A stretch of 64,000 bases of DNA from a virus: positions 1 to 64,000 of IMG/VR virus record IMGVR_UViG_3300021373_003510. One strand, written 5' to 3'. The notes beneath the pieces were generated by a model that was given only the letters and a program-made list of their open reading frames with translations, had not been told where the DNA came from and made no database searches. Of this stretch, positions 11,701 through 23,200 are shown piece by piece. Positions within the stretch are counted from its first letter, which is position 1. Every line of letters starts with the position of its first letter. The position numbers were made by a program, and so were the translations under genes.

Positions 11701-13722
11701 AATTGTATTAGATATAAAGTTCCATATAAAGGTTAAGCCACCGTATTGACCTTGCTCTCCTTGTAATCCTTGAATACCTTGTAAGCCTTGTGCACCTTGG
11801 ATACCAGTTGTACCAGTAGTTCCCTGAACACCTTGAAGTCCCTGTAGTCCTTGAGAACCTTGGATACCTGTTGTACCTTGAACACCTTGAGTACCTTGTA
11901 TTGCCTCACCTTGGATACCTTGTAAACCCTGTGTACCTTGGATACCTGTTGTACCTTGAACGCCTTGAACACCCTGAACACCTTGTGGACCGAAGTTACC
12001 TTGTAATCCTTGAACGCCTTGTAAACCTTGAATACCACGATCACCGTTTCTTGAGAATGTTAAACGAACGTCAATGCCGTTTGTGAATACATCTGCACCG
12101 CTTATTTTTTCAACGGCATATTCCCAATAACCAGTCTTATCTGTTATCGTATCAATTTTAAATAATGCTTGATCGTAAATATCAACTGCATTAATAACTC
12201 TTACATAACCTTTAGGAGAACCAACAATTGAGTTAAGTTCAGCAGACAAGCCATCCATAACATTGTTGCCACTTTGATCTTCATCATCAATCCATAGCTT
12301 AAGGTTTGAATCTGTTAAATCGGTATCACTAAAACGAATCGTTCCTGTGCCAGGATCTGCATCAGTTGTATTATTGTCGTAATCGTAATCGTATGTTATA
12401 CCACCAAAGTCACCAGTAGAACCTTGTAATCCTTGGAGTCCTTGAACACCTTGTAATCCTTGAAGACCCTGAACACCTTGTAATCCTTGAAGACCTTGAG
12501 TTCCATCGAAGCCTTGAATACCGGTTGTTCCTTGAACGCCTTGAGTACCTTGTGGTCCAAGTAAACCTTGTGTACCTTGAACACCTTGAGTACCTTGCGA
12601 TCCTGTAGTACCTTGAACACCTTGTGTACCTGTTCTTACAAAAGATAATATGAAAGCAGGATCTGCAGCAACATTAGTTAATACTCCAGCTGAACTCGCA
12701 ATGTGATTTATAGATAATGTTAACCAACCTGTATTGTCAGTTACATTTGTAATTTCGTAAGTAATAAATTCTTGTGTATCACTAATTCTTGTTGCTTGTA
12801 AATAACCCTTAACAGGACCTGCTACTTGGTCAATAGAATTTAATAATGCTGATACATCTTTTGATTGTTTTGCCGTTGAATCAATGAATAAGGCAGAGGC
12901 AGTACTTGCTGAAGCACTGTTAATTGCGAACTTGCCTACTGTAGGATCTTGAGCAACTGTTGTAGTATCAAAGTCAAACTCAAATGATACTCCACCGTAT
13001 GAACCTGTATAACCTTGAACTCCAAAGAATCCTTGAATACCGGTGATACCTTGAACACCTTGTGGTCCTGCACGTCCTTGTGTTCCTTGGAAACCAAGAT
13101 CACCCTGAATACCGGTAATACCTTGGACACCTTGTGGACCACGTCTTCCTTGTAAACCTTGAATACCTAATAGACCTTGGACACCCTGAATACCTTGTAT
13201 GCCTCTAAATCCTTGGAAGCCACGATATCCTTGCTCTCCTTGAATACCTTCTTGACCTAATGTTCCTTGATTACCTTGTAATCCTTGAACTCCTTGGAAG
13301 CCTTGAACACCACGGAAAGATCCAATGTTAATCCATTGAGATCCATCATAAATCCATAACTCATCGTCAGCCTCATCAATAACACCTTCACCGATATTTG
13401 CTGAACCGAATGCTGCGTTTAAAGTTGCTTGCGGATCTCCACCAGAATCAACATCAGGAACTGAACCAATAATTGTAAAGCCAGGACCGTAATTACCTTG
13501 AACACCTTGATTACCTTGTATGCCAGAAAAACCTTGCGTTCCTTGAGGCCCTGTCCCAAGTGGCTGCCAGGTAGTACCGTCGGAATATCTTAACTCTCCG
13601 TTATCGGCATAAATCACTGCACCTTCAAAAGGAGCAGGATCGAGAGTGATAGGAAAGGACTGCGGAACACCGTGTCCGATTAACTGATTCTTTCCTGTCA
13701 ATGTTCCAAATTTACTGGCCAT
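8716..13722 (-). CDS. Collagen-like fibre (Gly-X-Gln triplets) with four globular repeats and a C-terminal peptidase S74 intramolecular chaperone
   Basis: Hundreds of G-X-Q triplets; four GG.TF...DPG...KG.....TF.R.G domains; C-terminal SDESLKDNV...GVIAQEVEKVIPEVV...YGNLVGILIEAIKE. Confidence 0.9.
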   Translation of the reverse strand: MASKFGTLTGKNQLIGHGVPQSFPITLDPAPFEGAVIYADNGELRYSDGTTWQPLGTGPQGTQGFSGIQGNQGVQGNYGPGFTIIGSVPDVDSGGDPQATLNAAFGSANIGEGVIDEADDELWIYDGSQWINIGSFRGVQGFQGVQGLQGNQGTLGQEGIQGEQGYRGFQGFRGIQGIQGVQGLLGIQGLQGRRGPQGVQGITGIQGDLGFQGTQGRAGPQGVQGITGIQGFFGVQGYTGSYGGVSFEFDFDTTTVAQDPTVGKFAINSASASTASALFIDSTAKQSKDVSALLNSIDQVAGPVKGYLQATRISDTQEFITYEITNVTDNTGWLTLSINHIASSAGVLTNVAADPAFILSFVRTGTQGVQGTTGSQGTQGVQGTQGLLGPQGTQGVQGTTGIQGFDGTQGLQGLQGVQGLQGLQGVQGLQGLQGSTGDFGGITYDYDYDNNTTDADPGTGTIRFSDTDLTDSNLKLWIDDEDQSGNNVMDGLSAELNSIVGSPKGYVRVINAVDIYDQALFKIDTITDKTGYWEYAVEKISGADVFTNGIDVRLTFSRNGDRGIQGLQGVQGLQGNFGPQGVQGVQGVQGTTGIQGTQGLQGIQGEAIQGTQGVQGTTGIQGSQGLQGLQGVQGTTGTTGIQGAQGLQGIQGLQGEQGQYGGLTFIWNFISNTIGGTDPGTNNFKFNNSNPSLATLITLDDIPADQYSQEVDAFLDFIDSQPGTVKGYLKVQEGNYDDGQGPAGHHWLIYEITDWTWDSGAKNYGYFDVTYVDGNVTNWQTAVNAVHGPAALITFIPRGPAGIQGAQGLQGLQGLQGLTGAGIQGPQGLQGSLGLQGAEGSFGGITFDYTFSTDTINNDPGIGNLKLNNSSYSSATALYIDDRDDNFINIEPFLRTVDDSTSPIKGHFKITKKSQPEVFQIFTISALAEPTGYFILTCAFVSGNGTFSDGEDVTITFARTGDIGSTGAQGLQGLQGVQGTFGLQGLQGSTGAGAQGSVGPQGLQGPQGTQGLQGNTGATGIQGVQGEAGVQGGLGIQGESGAGAQGIQGIQGITGSQGIGGVGSDGFQGTQGIQGVQGTDGADGPQGPAGGEGQPGGPGSQGTQGTTGAGIQGPQGIQGLTGIGQDGLQGIQGLQGASGTGSQGVQGPLGFQGLQGTQGISGITGAGTQGVQGVQGSDGPQGLQGFDGAGIQGPSGPQGIQGLIGAGSPGPQGTQGVGIQGGVGPQGIQGIGGDGNQGTQGIQGFQGIQGPPGTGAPGVQGPQGTQGVQGESGDLGSAGPQGTQGIQGDLGIQGENGSGLQGIQGGAGPQGAQGNAGGTGGAGAQGPIGNQGVQGITGIQGEQGSGSIGIQGPPGAQGPTGEDATGTQGPSGPIGPQGVQGVQGTLGFQGSSGGGPQGIQGESGLPGSQGADGFQGPAGPAGPQGVSGITGSGLQGIQGLIGFQGAVGNTGAQGTTGSSGSVDTGSIHTSGLQGTAMFITMTQGGSGARPLYGTTTPNPGGQQNFFYTANDDELTLENLKIDGSVTLNGSTITTWPTGGGGSGNLNNIVEDTTPQLGGNLDGQTYNITTTGDITAANFNTTSDESLKDNVETIGNALDKVLQLRGVNFNWIENGEAATGVIAQEVEKVIPEVVAQRDDGTKTVSYGNLVGILIEAIKEQQKEIDGLKK

Positions 13723-13773
13723 TTATTTTATTTCCTTAAAGTTCAACCTTTATTAATAATATATTTATTCAGA

Positions 13774-14199
13774 TTAAACAACATCGTCTTCTTCAGACTG
13801 ACCTTGTGTAAACGAAATAGTTGCGTGAATTGCTAAATCCGCCGTTGCTTCGATTTTTAACTCGTCACCTGTCTTCAAAAACTGGCCGTTTAATGGAATC
13901 GGTATTGTCTCATATGCTGGAATCGGCATGTTTTTGAGGATGTAGAATTCTGCATTTTCAACTTCTCTATGCATTTGTAAATCAACATTAACAGTATTAG
14001 CTGTAACATTGCACAATACAAGAGGTGAGATAATTTCAGCAACACCCGGTTCAATAACATTAGATCCACCAAAGACAAGCTCAGGAACATTATACTGAGG
14101 ACAATCCACAATAACGCTCATATTAGTCGTAACGACTTTACTAATCGCAATTGGTTTTGCATCAGGTGCCTGAGATGTATTAATAGTTGTAATTGCCAT
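13774..14199 (-). CDS. Hypothetical small virion protein (141 aa)
   Basis: Beta-rich ORF packed between structural genes, with an AGGA RBS. Confidence 0.7.
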   Translation of the reverse strand: MAITTINTSQAPDAKPIAISKVVTTNMSVIVDCPQYNVPELVFGGSNVIEPGVAEIISPLVLCNVTANTVNVDLQMHREVENAEFYILKNMPIPAYETIPIPLNGQFLKTGDELKIEATADLAIHATISFTQGQSEEDDVV

Positions 14200-14216
14200 T
14201 TCTTATTTTCCTATAT

Positions 14217-17200
14217 TTAAATTACTGCTCTTGAGTTCGAAGCTCTTCTTGCTAGCTTACGAACCGAAGAGGTAAATGGTCGGCCTTCAATTCGACCTGT
14301 TCGACCGTTAATTCTTAATCCTCTTGCGAAGTACTGGTTATTCAATTCATCAGCACCTGACCATCGGATTCTACCACCGTCCTCATTAAGAACCGAAGCA
14401 ACCGCTGATATAGCAGCACCTAAGTTTCTAAAGTTCAGAGGCAATGCATTTCTGTTAACACCAGCTGATGCACCGTTAAACTGGTGAGCAATAGATTCAA
14501 CCAACGATCCGAATATTAATGTTTCAGGTCTCAATACATTGTCTTTCAGACAGTCGTTGAATAATCCTTCAATCATCAATGAGTGAGTTGAATCAGGAGA
14601 TAGGTTATTAACAATATATGTTCTCATTCTATCCCACGACCCAACAAACGCATCTAACAAGTCTGTATTGTTAGCACCTTCTAATACCCAAGTTGAACCA
14701 TTCCAATAATATATATTACCTGCATAGAAGTTTGTGGTATAATCAGTAGCTACAATGTATGCCCAGTTTGGTTTCATTCCAGTGATTGCTGAAAGATCTG
14801 AAACTTGAGCAACTGAACCCTTATACTTCAATCCTTGCATTGTTGGGTTGAATACTGGGAACACATGAGTTCCGTCGTAATCAAATAACGATGCTGTAAA
14901 TGTTCTTATTGCATTCTGATTTCCGTTTGTTGTATAACTCGGAACTGGTACAGTAACATCTTCGTATTTGAAATCGTTCTGTAAAGCAGTCAGAAGGTTT
15001 CTTGCATCTCTTCTTGTTAAGTTAATATCAAGGAAGTCATAAGTAGCATTTACATATCTTACAGTATCTTTCTGTAATTCTTTTCTTCTTGTTTGTAAAA
15101 CATTTCGAGCATCAACAAATGGTGCTGCAGCATAACTGTAATCAGGTTCTTCCTTAACAGGTAAGTACTTAGTATCATTATTTATTTGAGTAAAGAAGAA
15201 GATATCAGCAAGGTCTTTAACCTTTTTACTTTCAACTTCAGTTCCTATTTCACCAAGTATCTTCATACCTGGGTATTCACCGATTACGATATCTTTACAA
15301 ATCTTACCTAGTTGACGATATGACTTAGCAGTTGGTGCTCGTTGATCTTCAGGCAATCTGTAAACTTGATTCCAGAAGTAGAAATCAGCGTTCCATCTTG
15401 AAGCAGTATTACCACCGAAGTTCAAGTCGAAGCTGAATGCATCAAGTAAGAAACCTGTATCTCTTCTACACTTATCTTTGTTATAATCAAGTACATTAAA
15501 TTGACTGTTTATAAATTCAGTTACATCGGAAGCAAGTTCTTCAGTATTATCAACAAGTTTCTGAGCAGCATTGTTAAGTTCAGTTGTTGGGAAACTTGAA
15601 TTTGAATAAGGTCTTGGTAATTCATCATTATCATTAGCTCTTATTGAATTCTCAATAACACCAACCAAGTTAACAACCTCAGTACCTTCAACCGAAGTAG
15701 CCGCCGTACCTAATGTATTTTGCGGAGTTAAAGTATATGTACTTGCATTGGTTACTGGAGTTTCTTGAACTACCTGAGACATTGCAGTACCAAGCAATTG
15801 TAATATGTCAGCATATTGTCTCTGCTGATCTACAGGAAGTACTGATACTCCTTTCTCAAAGTAAATGCCTGCTGATTGTAATGTTGCGAAGTTTGTTTCA
15901 TGTTGAATATCGTGTGATATAGCATCAATAGTATATCCTATATCTCTTCTACATCTTGCTCTTGGGAAACTCAATCCGTTATGATTAACTGATATATAAC
16001 TTATAACACCTTCTGCAGCAGTATGAGATAATTTCTCAACAAGCTCTTTAGCAGTTATATAGTTATCTCCCATCCAAGTTTGATCCACATCAATTCTTTC
16101 AGGAATTGTAGCTCTTACCTCGTAAGAATCATCAACTGCATCAGCAATAAGTTCAACAAGCTTTCTTGTAGCAATACAAGTATCTGGATTTGCACCATGT
16201 ATTGAGAAGTCTTGAGCTTCTGTTGATTGATACGAAGGTACGCCGTTCCAATATTCGTATTTCGTTACAATATCACCAGTGTAATATTTTCCGGTTCTTG
16301 GGAATAGTTTTGTTTCAATATCCTTAGCACCAACAACATGTTCTATAACTTTTGCCATGTGGAGGAATGCATCTCTTGAACCCATTCTTTGTTCGATCTG
16401 CAATCCAGTATTTACTGTATTTTCAAAATACATTCCTGCAGTTTGAACTGAAGCTGCATTACCGCCATATTGAATATCGTGAGAAACTGCATCAATAATA
16501 TATCCAACATCTCTTCTGCATTTATTTTCACTGAATGGAAGTATGTCATAATTTTCTGCAAGATGAGCAAGCAAGTCTTTAGCAACTGTTTCTTTAACTC
16601 CAAGTACTTCATTAAACGCTGCTTGATTAACTGCATCGTAAACTGATACTTTAGGCAATTCATAAGCAGGATTTAAAAGTAAGGTTGCACTTGCAAGAGC
16701 ATCTGCACAAAGATCAAATAGACCTTCCATTTCGGCACCTAGCGGAGCACCACCTGAACCTGAACTGAAGTCTTGAGTTAACGCATTGCCTGTTGATTTC
16801 AAACCACCTATGTCAGTATCTTGGACAATTAAATCAACACAATCTCCAAGATGCTTAAACAGCGCAACTGAAGGTTCAATTTGATCTTCAGGTAAACCAA
16901 CATTAACTCCCTGTTCAAAATAAAGTCGAGTAAAGTTTTGAGTAGCAAAGTTACCTTGATGTTGTCCATCAAATGAAACTGCATCAATTAAGTATCCTGT
17001 GTCTCTTTCGCATTTAGCAACATCGTAAACATGACTTGGTCTGTTCGCAGCAAGCCATGCTGTTGCTTCAGCTATTAAGAACGCTTTGTTATTTTGTAGT
17101 TGAGATCTACCGTTAATTCGAGCAACACCTTGAGCATTACCTGTAAATACGATTGTATCAGCAGCAGCTCTACCATTTGTCATAACATCAATGATTTCAT

Positions 17201-20200
17201 CAAATGCTTCTTCAACTTTAACCTTTAGTGCTGAATCGGTAACTGCCTTAACTGCTAAACCTTTCGCAAATTTAATGCCTTCAACTGTCTCAGTTAATTG
17301 TTCGTTAATTACTCTGTTTGTACTTACGGTGTCAATTCTGTAAGCAGTACCGTTAAATACTGCATTATAGTTAGAACCTGTAAGTACATCAACTGCAACT
17401 GCATCAAGAAGTAAACCTAGGTCTCTCTTACATCTATCTCCATCAAATGTATAATAACGATCTTTCAGATAACCTTGTACTTCTTCAATAATAAAGTCTC
17501 TGTTTTGTTGTAATTGCTTTCTTGCTAATGTTCTGTTTGGATCGAACGAAGCCTTAGTTAATGTTGGGAATTCATCATCTTCGATATTTACATCATCAAC
17601 CAAGTCGGCAATTGTATTAATTAAATCATGTACTATTGTACCTGTTGCTGCATTAGCCGCAGTTCCATCTGTATTTTGATAAGGACCTGTACTAATTGAA
17701 CCAACATCAGCAGAAACAAATGTATGTGGATATTGACCTGAGCCACCGCCACCAACATTCATTGTGATAGTTGTACTAGTGATTGCTGTAATCGTAACCG
17801 CTTTATTATAATACGGATGATGTTTCTGTGGTGAGGTATGGTTTTGCTGACCACTACCCATATCACAACTGAATGTAAATCCTTCAGGTTTCAGATAAAC
17901 TTTATTACCTACATCAAGTGTATGAGTTCCAATTGTTGCTGTGAATACTCCAGTTGCCGGATCGTAAGTGGCATTACTTGGATTGAATGTCGTAAATGTT
18001 GTGGTATGAGCAACTTCTTTAACAACCTTTTCAGCAACATCTGCTAGGTGAGCAAATGCTTTTCTTGTTGGTTCGCGTTGTTCATAAGGCAATACATTAA
18101 TTGCTTCTCTCAATCCTGAAACATTGGCAGTATCTTCATAATCGGATAATGTTTTAAATTGTCCTTTTACTTCAATAGGCAATACATTAGTTGATCTTAA
18201 CTGTTCGTAATCCGCTGATGCAGAATCGAATCTTCTAAAGTAATAATCAAATACTTCTAATGTATTTTCATTTCCACCGTATTCAATATCTCTTGATACT
18301 GCGTCAACAATTAAACCAACATCCCTTTCGCAAACTTCCTTAGCGTAAGGTAATCCGTTGTGTTCTTTTCTTAGGTAATCAATTACTGACAACGATAGAT
18401 TTTCTGTTATACCATCAATTGCTTCACAAGCAGCTACCATTGCAGTTTCAACATTAGGTTCGATGTAAGCAGGTAAATGATCTATTGTATCATCAGAGAT
18501 TGCTTGAGTTACAATATTAACTCTATCTCTTGCTAAGTTAGCAACCTCGATACCTCTATCGGTTCCTGAAACATCTTGAGATACAGCATTTCCTGCAGAA
18601 GGTGTAATAGTAATATCTCTAACAATATTCCAACATACATCGGCAATATGTTCCCATGTTTTGTATGTAGGTTCTTTTTGGTCAGCAGGTAATACTGAAT
18701 TTGCATTTTCAAAATACAATCTTGCGAAGTTGACAGTACATGTATTACCGCCAAACTTAACATCTTGTATTAATGAATCAACCAAGTAACCTGTATCTCT
18801 TTCACAATCGGCAACACTATATGTTAGTGAAGGATAATTAGCTGCAATGTAAGCAGTAGTTTCAGCAATAATAAATGCTCTGTTGAGAAGTAGTTGATTA
18901 GCAGCTTGTTTATGATCTTCAGTTAAAGCAGCTTCAGCTCCGTATGTCTTAGTTCCAACAGCACTTGAACCATTTTGTAAGATATCTATAATCTTATCAA
19001 AGTGTTGGTTTGAGCGAGTTAATGCAGTTCCTGTAACATTAGGATCGGCAGCAACCTCAGCCTTTAAGTAATTAATTGCACCTACTGTTTGTACTAACTG
19101 ATCGTTAATAACTTTGTTAGCACCTACAGAACCAGTTCTATAACCTAATCCCATGAATTGAGAATTCCAAGTAGAACCTGTAGCAATATCTCTTCTTACT
19201 GAATCAAGAATGAATCCTGAATCTCTTGTACATTTTTCGCCGTTGAATACAAAGTATTCAGAATCTAAATAATCAGAAACTTCTTTTTGTAAGAACTCTC
19301 TGTTAATTTGCATTTGTTCTCTTGCATATTGACCTTGAGAGTTATAAGTAACTTTCGATACCGCATCTTTGATGACCGATACAAATGTATGGGCTCCACC
19401 TGAGCTTGCAGCTAACTGAATAGTAACATCATCACCATTTACAGCAGTGATAGCTTGCGGCTCTCTATAATTTGAATCGCCTTTTCTTGGGTATGAATGT
19501 TCAGTTGCATTACCATCCTGAGCACATGTATAAGTAAATGATAATGGAGCAATCTCAATATAATCATCTGTTGTTAAATCATGACCAGGAATTGTCATTA
19601 CACTGATTCCTGTAGCAGGATCGTATGTAGCAGTTGTTGGTGTATAATGCTTGACATAAGAAGCAGGATCTGTAAATACCAATGCGTCTGAATCAATACA
19701 TCCAACCTCAGCTCTAACGAATGTATGAGCCCCGCCAGGACCTGTTCCTACATTCATTGTAATTGTATCAGAGGTTACCGAAGTAATCTTTATAGGCTTC
19801 TTATAAGTAATACTATGATGTGATTGAGGAATAGCATGTTCATATACATTTCCATCTAATGCACAAGTAAATACAACCGAGCCTGGTTTAATTGATACGT
19901 AATCGCCTGCTTCTAAATTATGTTGTCCGATTGTGGCAACAAATACACCGGTTGTTTCGTCGTAAGTAGCAGTTCTTGGTGTATAAGTAGATACATAATT
20001 ACGTGTCTTAATATTATTTGGTGTTGCTGATATAAATGTATGAGCAGATGTATCAGTTGAAGTACCTGCATTAACTGTAATCGTTGTGTTTGTTGTAGCA
20101 GCTACTACTAATGGCTTCTTATAACCAGGATGTTCTCTTGTTCCTTTAATAGCGCCTGTGATAGCAGATACAAATGTATGAGCTCCACCGCCGTTTGTAG

Positions 20201-23200
20201 ATATACCTACATTACAACCAATTACATTTCCTTCGACTGAAGTTAATTTAACTGGCTTCTTAAAGAACGGATGATGTTCTTCAGGCACAGGGTGATTTGT
20301 TTGGTTATTATCAATTGCACAAGTAAATGTAATACCTCTTGGGGCAAATTCTATTTCATCCCCTACTCTCAATTTGTGCGTACCAATGTCTGCCGTAAAC
20401 TCACCTGTAGCAGGATCATAAGAAGCAGTGCTTGGAGTAAATCTTGTTACTGTTCTTGTTGGATATGAATGTTGAGTTGCATTACCATCCAAATCACAAG
20501 TATATGTTAAGCTCTCAGGAGCAATTAATATTTCTTGCCCAACTTGTAAATCGTGAGAACCAATTGTAAGTACAGTTAAACCTGTTAAAGGATCATAAGT
20601 AGAATTTGAAGTTGAATAAGTTTTACCTGTGCTGTTTAGCATATCAACAATTTTATCAAATGCTTCATCTGATCTGAACCCAGAAGCTTTATCATCAATT
20701 GCCTTAACATGTGTAATTGCATTATCGAGAGCAGATACAAATGTATGAGCGTTTGATCCACCGTACCCAACAAACATTGTGATAGTTGTTGGAGTTGTAG
20801 ATTCAATTGGACAAGGATGATTATAGAAAGGATGTCCTGGATTTGGAACAGCATCGTTTGTAGGTCCGCTTCCTGTATCACAACTAAATGTAACACCATC
20901 CTCAAGGAACCTTACGTAATCACCAGCTTTTAATTCGTGACGACCAATTGTAGCAGTAAAGATTCCTGTTTCAGGATCATATGTTGCATCAGTTGGAGTA
21001 AACGATTTTCCTTGGTTCTTCGCAGGAGTAATTGCATTTGCGACAGCGGATACAAATGTATGTGCTTGTTGACCTGTTGCTCCACCGTATCCTACGTTTA
21101 ATGTAATAGTTGTATTTGATACTCCTATGATTGGACAAGGAACTCCATTTGCGTATGGGTGATGAGCTTCAGGAACCGCGTGGTTTGTAGGACCTGACCC
21201 AGTATCACAACTGAATGTAATACCTTGCATCGCAAATACGACAGTATCTCCGACTGCCAATGTATGAGCTCCAATAGTTGCTTCCATGATTCCTGTAGAA
21301 GGATCGTATGTTGCATCAGTAGGTTGGAAACCATTTTCAGTTTGAAGCGTATTAACTCTTCTCTTAAGTTCGTTTATTGCACCAGTTGTTTGTGTCAACT
21401 GATCGTTAATTACATTATCAGCTAACTCTGTACCTGCACGATAAGCAAGTCCTGTCTGATATGCATTATAGTTTGAACCTGTTAAAATATCTCTTTCAAC
21501 TGCAGGTAAGATGTACTCTGTAATATCTCTTCTACATTTTTTAGAATCATATCTGAAGTATGTTTCATCAAGATATCCATCAACGTAATCTTGTAAGAAT
21601 CCTCTGTTTGCTTGTAATTGCTTTCTTGCGTTTCTCTTATTAGCAGGAATGTCTATACTATCAGACCACTTAATAGTATCACCTAATACTGAAACTGCAC
21701 CTGTTGCAGCTTCTACGAATTGATAATCAAATGCAAATGGCTGTGTACCAACGTTGACTGTAATTTTACCAGGGACTGCACCCAATACTTCGACTGGAGT
21801 TTCATGAGCAGGATAACCTGGTTTTGGATAATAAGATCTTGTTTTATGACCATCTCTGCTACAAGTCATGGTGAAACCACCTGTCTTAAGCAATACATAA
21901 TCGCCAACATTTAATCCATGACCTGACTGAATAGCATTTGGAGTAGCAGAAACAAATGTATGTACTTGTTGACCAGTATCTCCACCGTAACCAACATTCA
22001 TTCTTATCTTATTTTTACTTACACCAATAATTGGGCATGGCTTTTCGTAATAAGGATGATGAGCTTCAGGAACAGCGTGATTTGTAGGACCTGAACCAGT
22101 ATCGCAAGACCAAGTAATACTCTCAGGATTGAACCAAACAAAATCTCCTACTTCTAATTCATGCTTACCAATGTTTGCTTCCATAATTCCTGTAGCAGGA
22201 TCATAAGTTCCATCAGTCATTTGATGAGATTTTGAATCTCCTATTGTAATAACAAAAAGACCAGTTACTGGATCATAGGTTGCATTACTAGGTGTATATT
22301 GTTTTCCTTTATTCTCAAGGATTTGTAAAACATTATCGTAAGCATCATCAAGTCGTTGTGAAGCAAGATAAGAATCACCATCTATCAATTCATTAGTCTG
22401 ATCCTTTAATCTATTGTAAGCAGCAACTGTTTCGTTATTCTGATTTTCTATAACTGCCTTTCCTGCTTGCATATAATATGCTCGACCTGCAGTAAGTGAA
22501 TTATAGTTAGTATCAAATAACATATCATTCTTAACGGCAGGAATAATATAATCAGAAACATCTCGACGACAAGATTTGCTATCATATGCAAAGAACTCAT
22601 CGTTGTTTTCGATCCAATCAATTAGCTCTTCGGTAATGAACTCTCGATTGTCTTGTAATAGCTTTCTAGCAGCTGTTCGAGGCACTGAAGTATCTTGCCA
22701 TATAATCGGGTTAATGTTCTCTTCACCGTATTCTAAGACATTTAGAAGCTCGGCAAAGGATGTATCAATCCTTGAATTAATTTCATTATTTGCTGAAATA
22801 AAGATTTCTTTTGATCTATCTCTTAGGTATTCGTTTGCACCTTTTGTTTCTTCAAGCTGTTCACCAGGAACAACATAACTGATTGGAGACCTATAAGTAA
22901 TACCGGCAAGTCTTCCCCAATAGTTCGTATCAAGTGCAACGTCATAACCTGTACCATCAACTATGATACCTGAATCTCTTAAACATTTTTCTGAATCGTA
23001 TTCTTGATAACCTAATCCACCATTTGCTGAATTGGCTGTTAGGTAATAAACCATATCATCAATAATTTCTTCGGCATTATTATCAATAGTATCGGCAAAT
23101 GCAGTATTACCAATAATTGTTGCCGTTGTTCCTTTTGGAGCAAAGAACTCGGTAGTTCCTTTTGCTCGCATTGATATATCACCGAACTGAGTACCTGAGT

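Noticed and set aside
9345-13550. Dense ACCTTG(N3) nucleotide repeats and overlapping alternative-frame ORFs (e.g. 9795-10142, 10182-10565, 11733-12044)
   Set aside because: By-products of Gly-X-Gln codons in the collagen gene; the shadow ORFs are low-complexity and lack RBSs.
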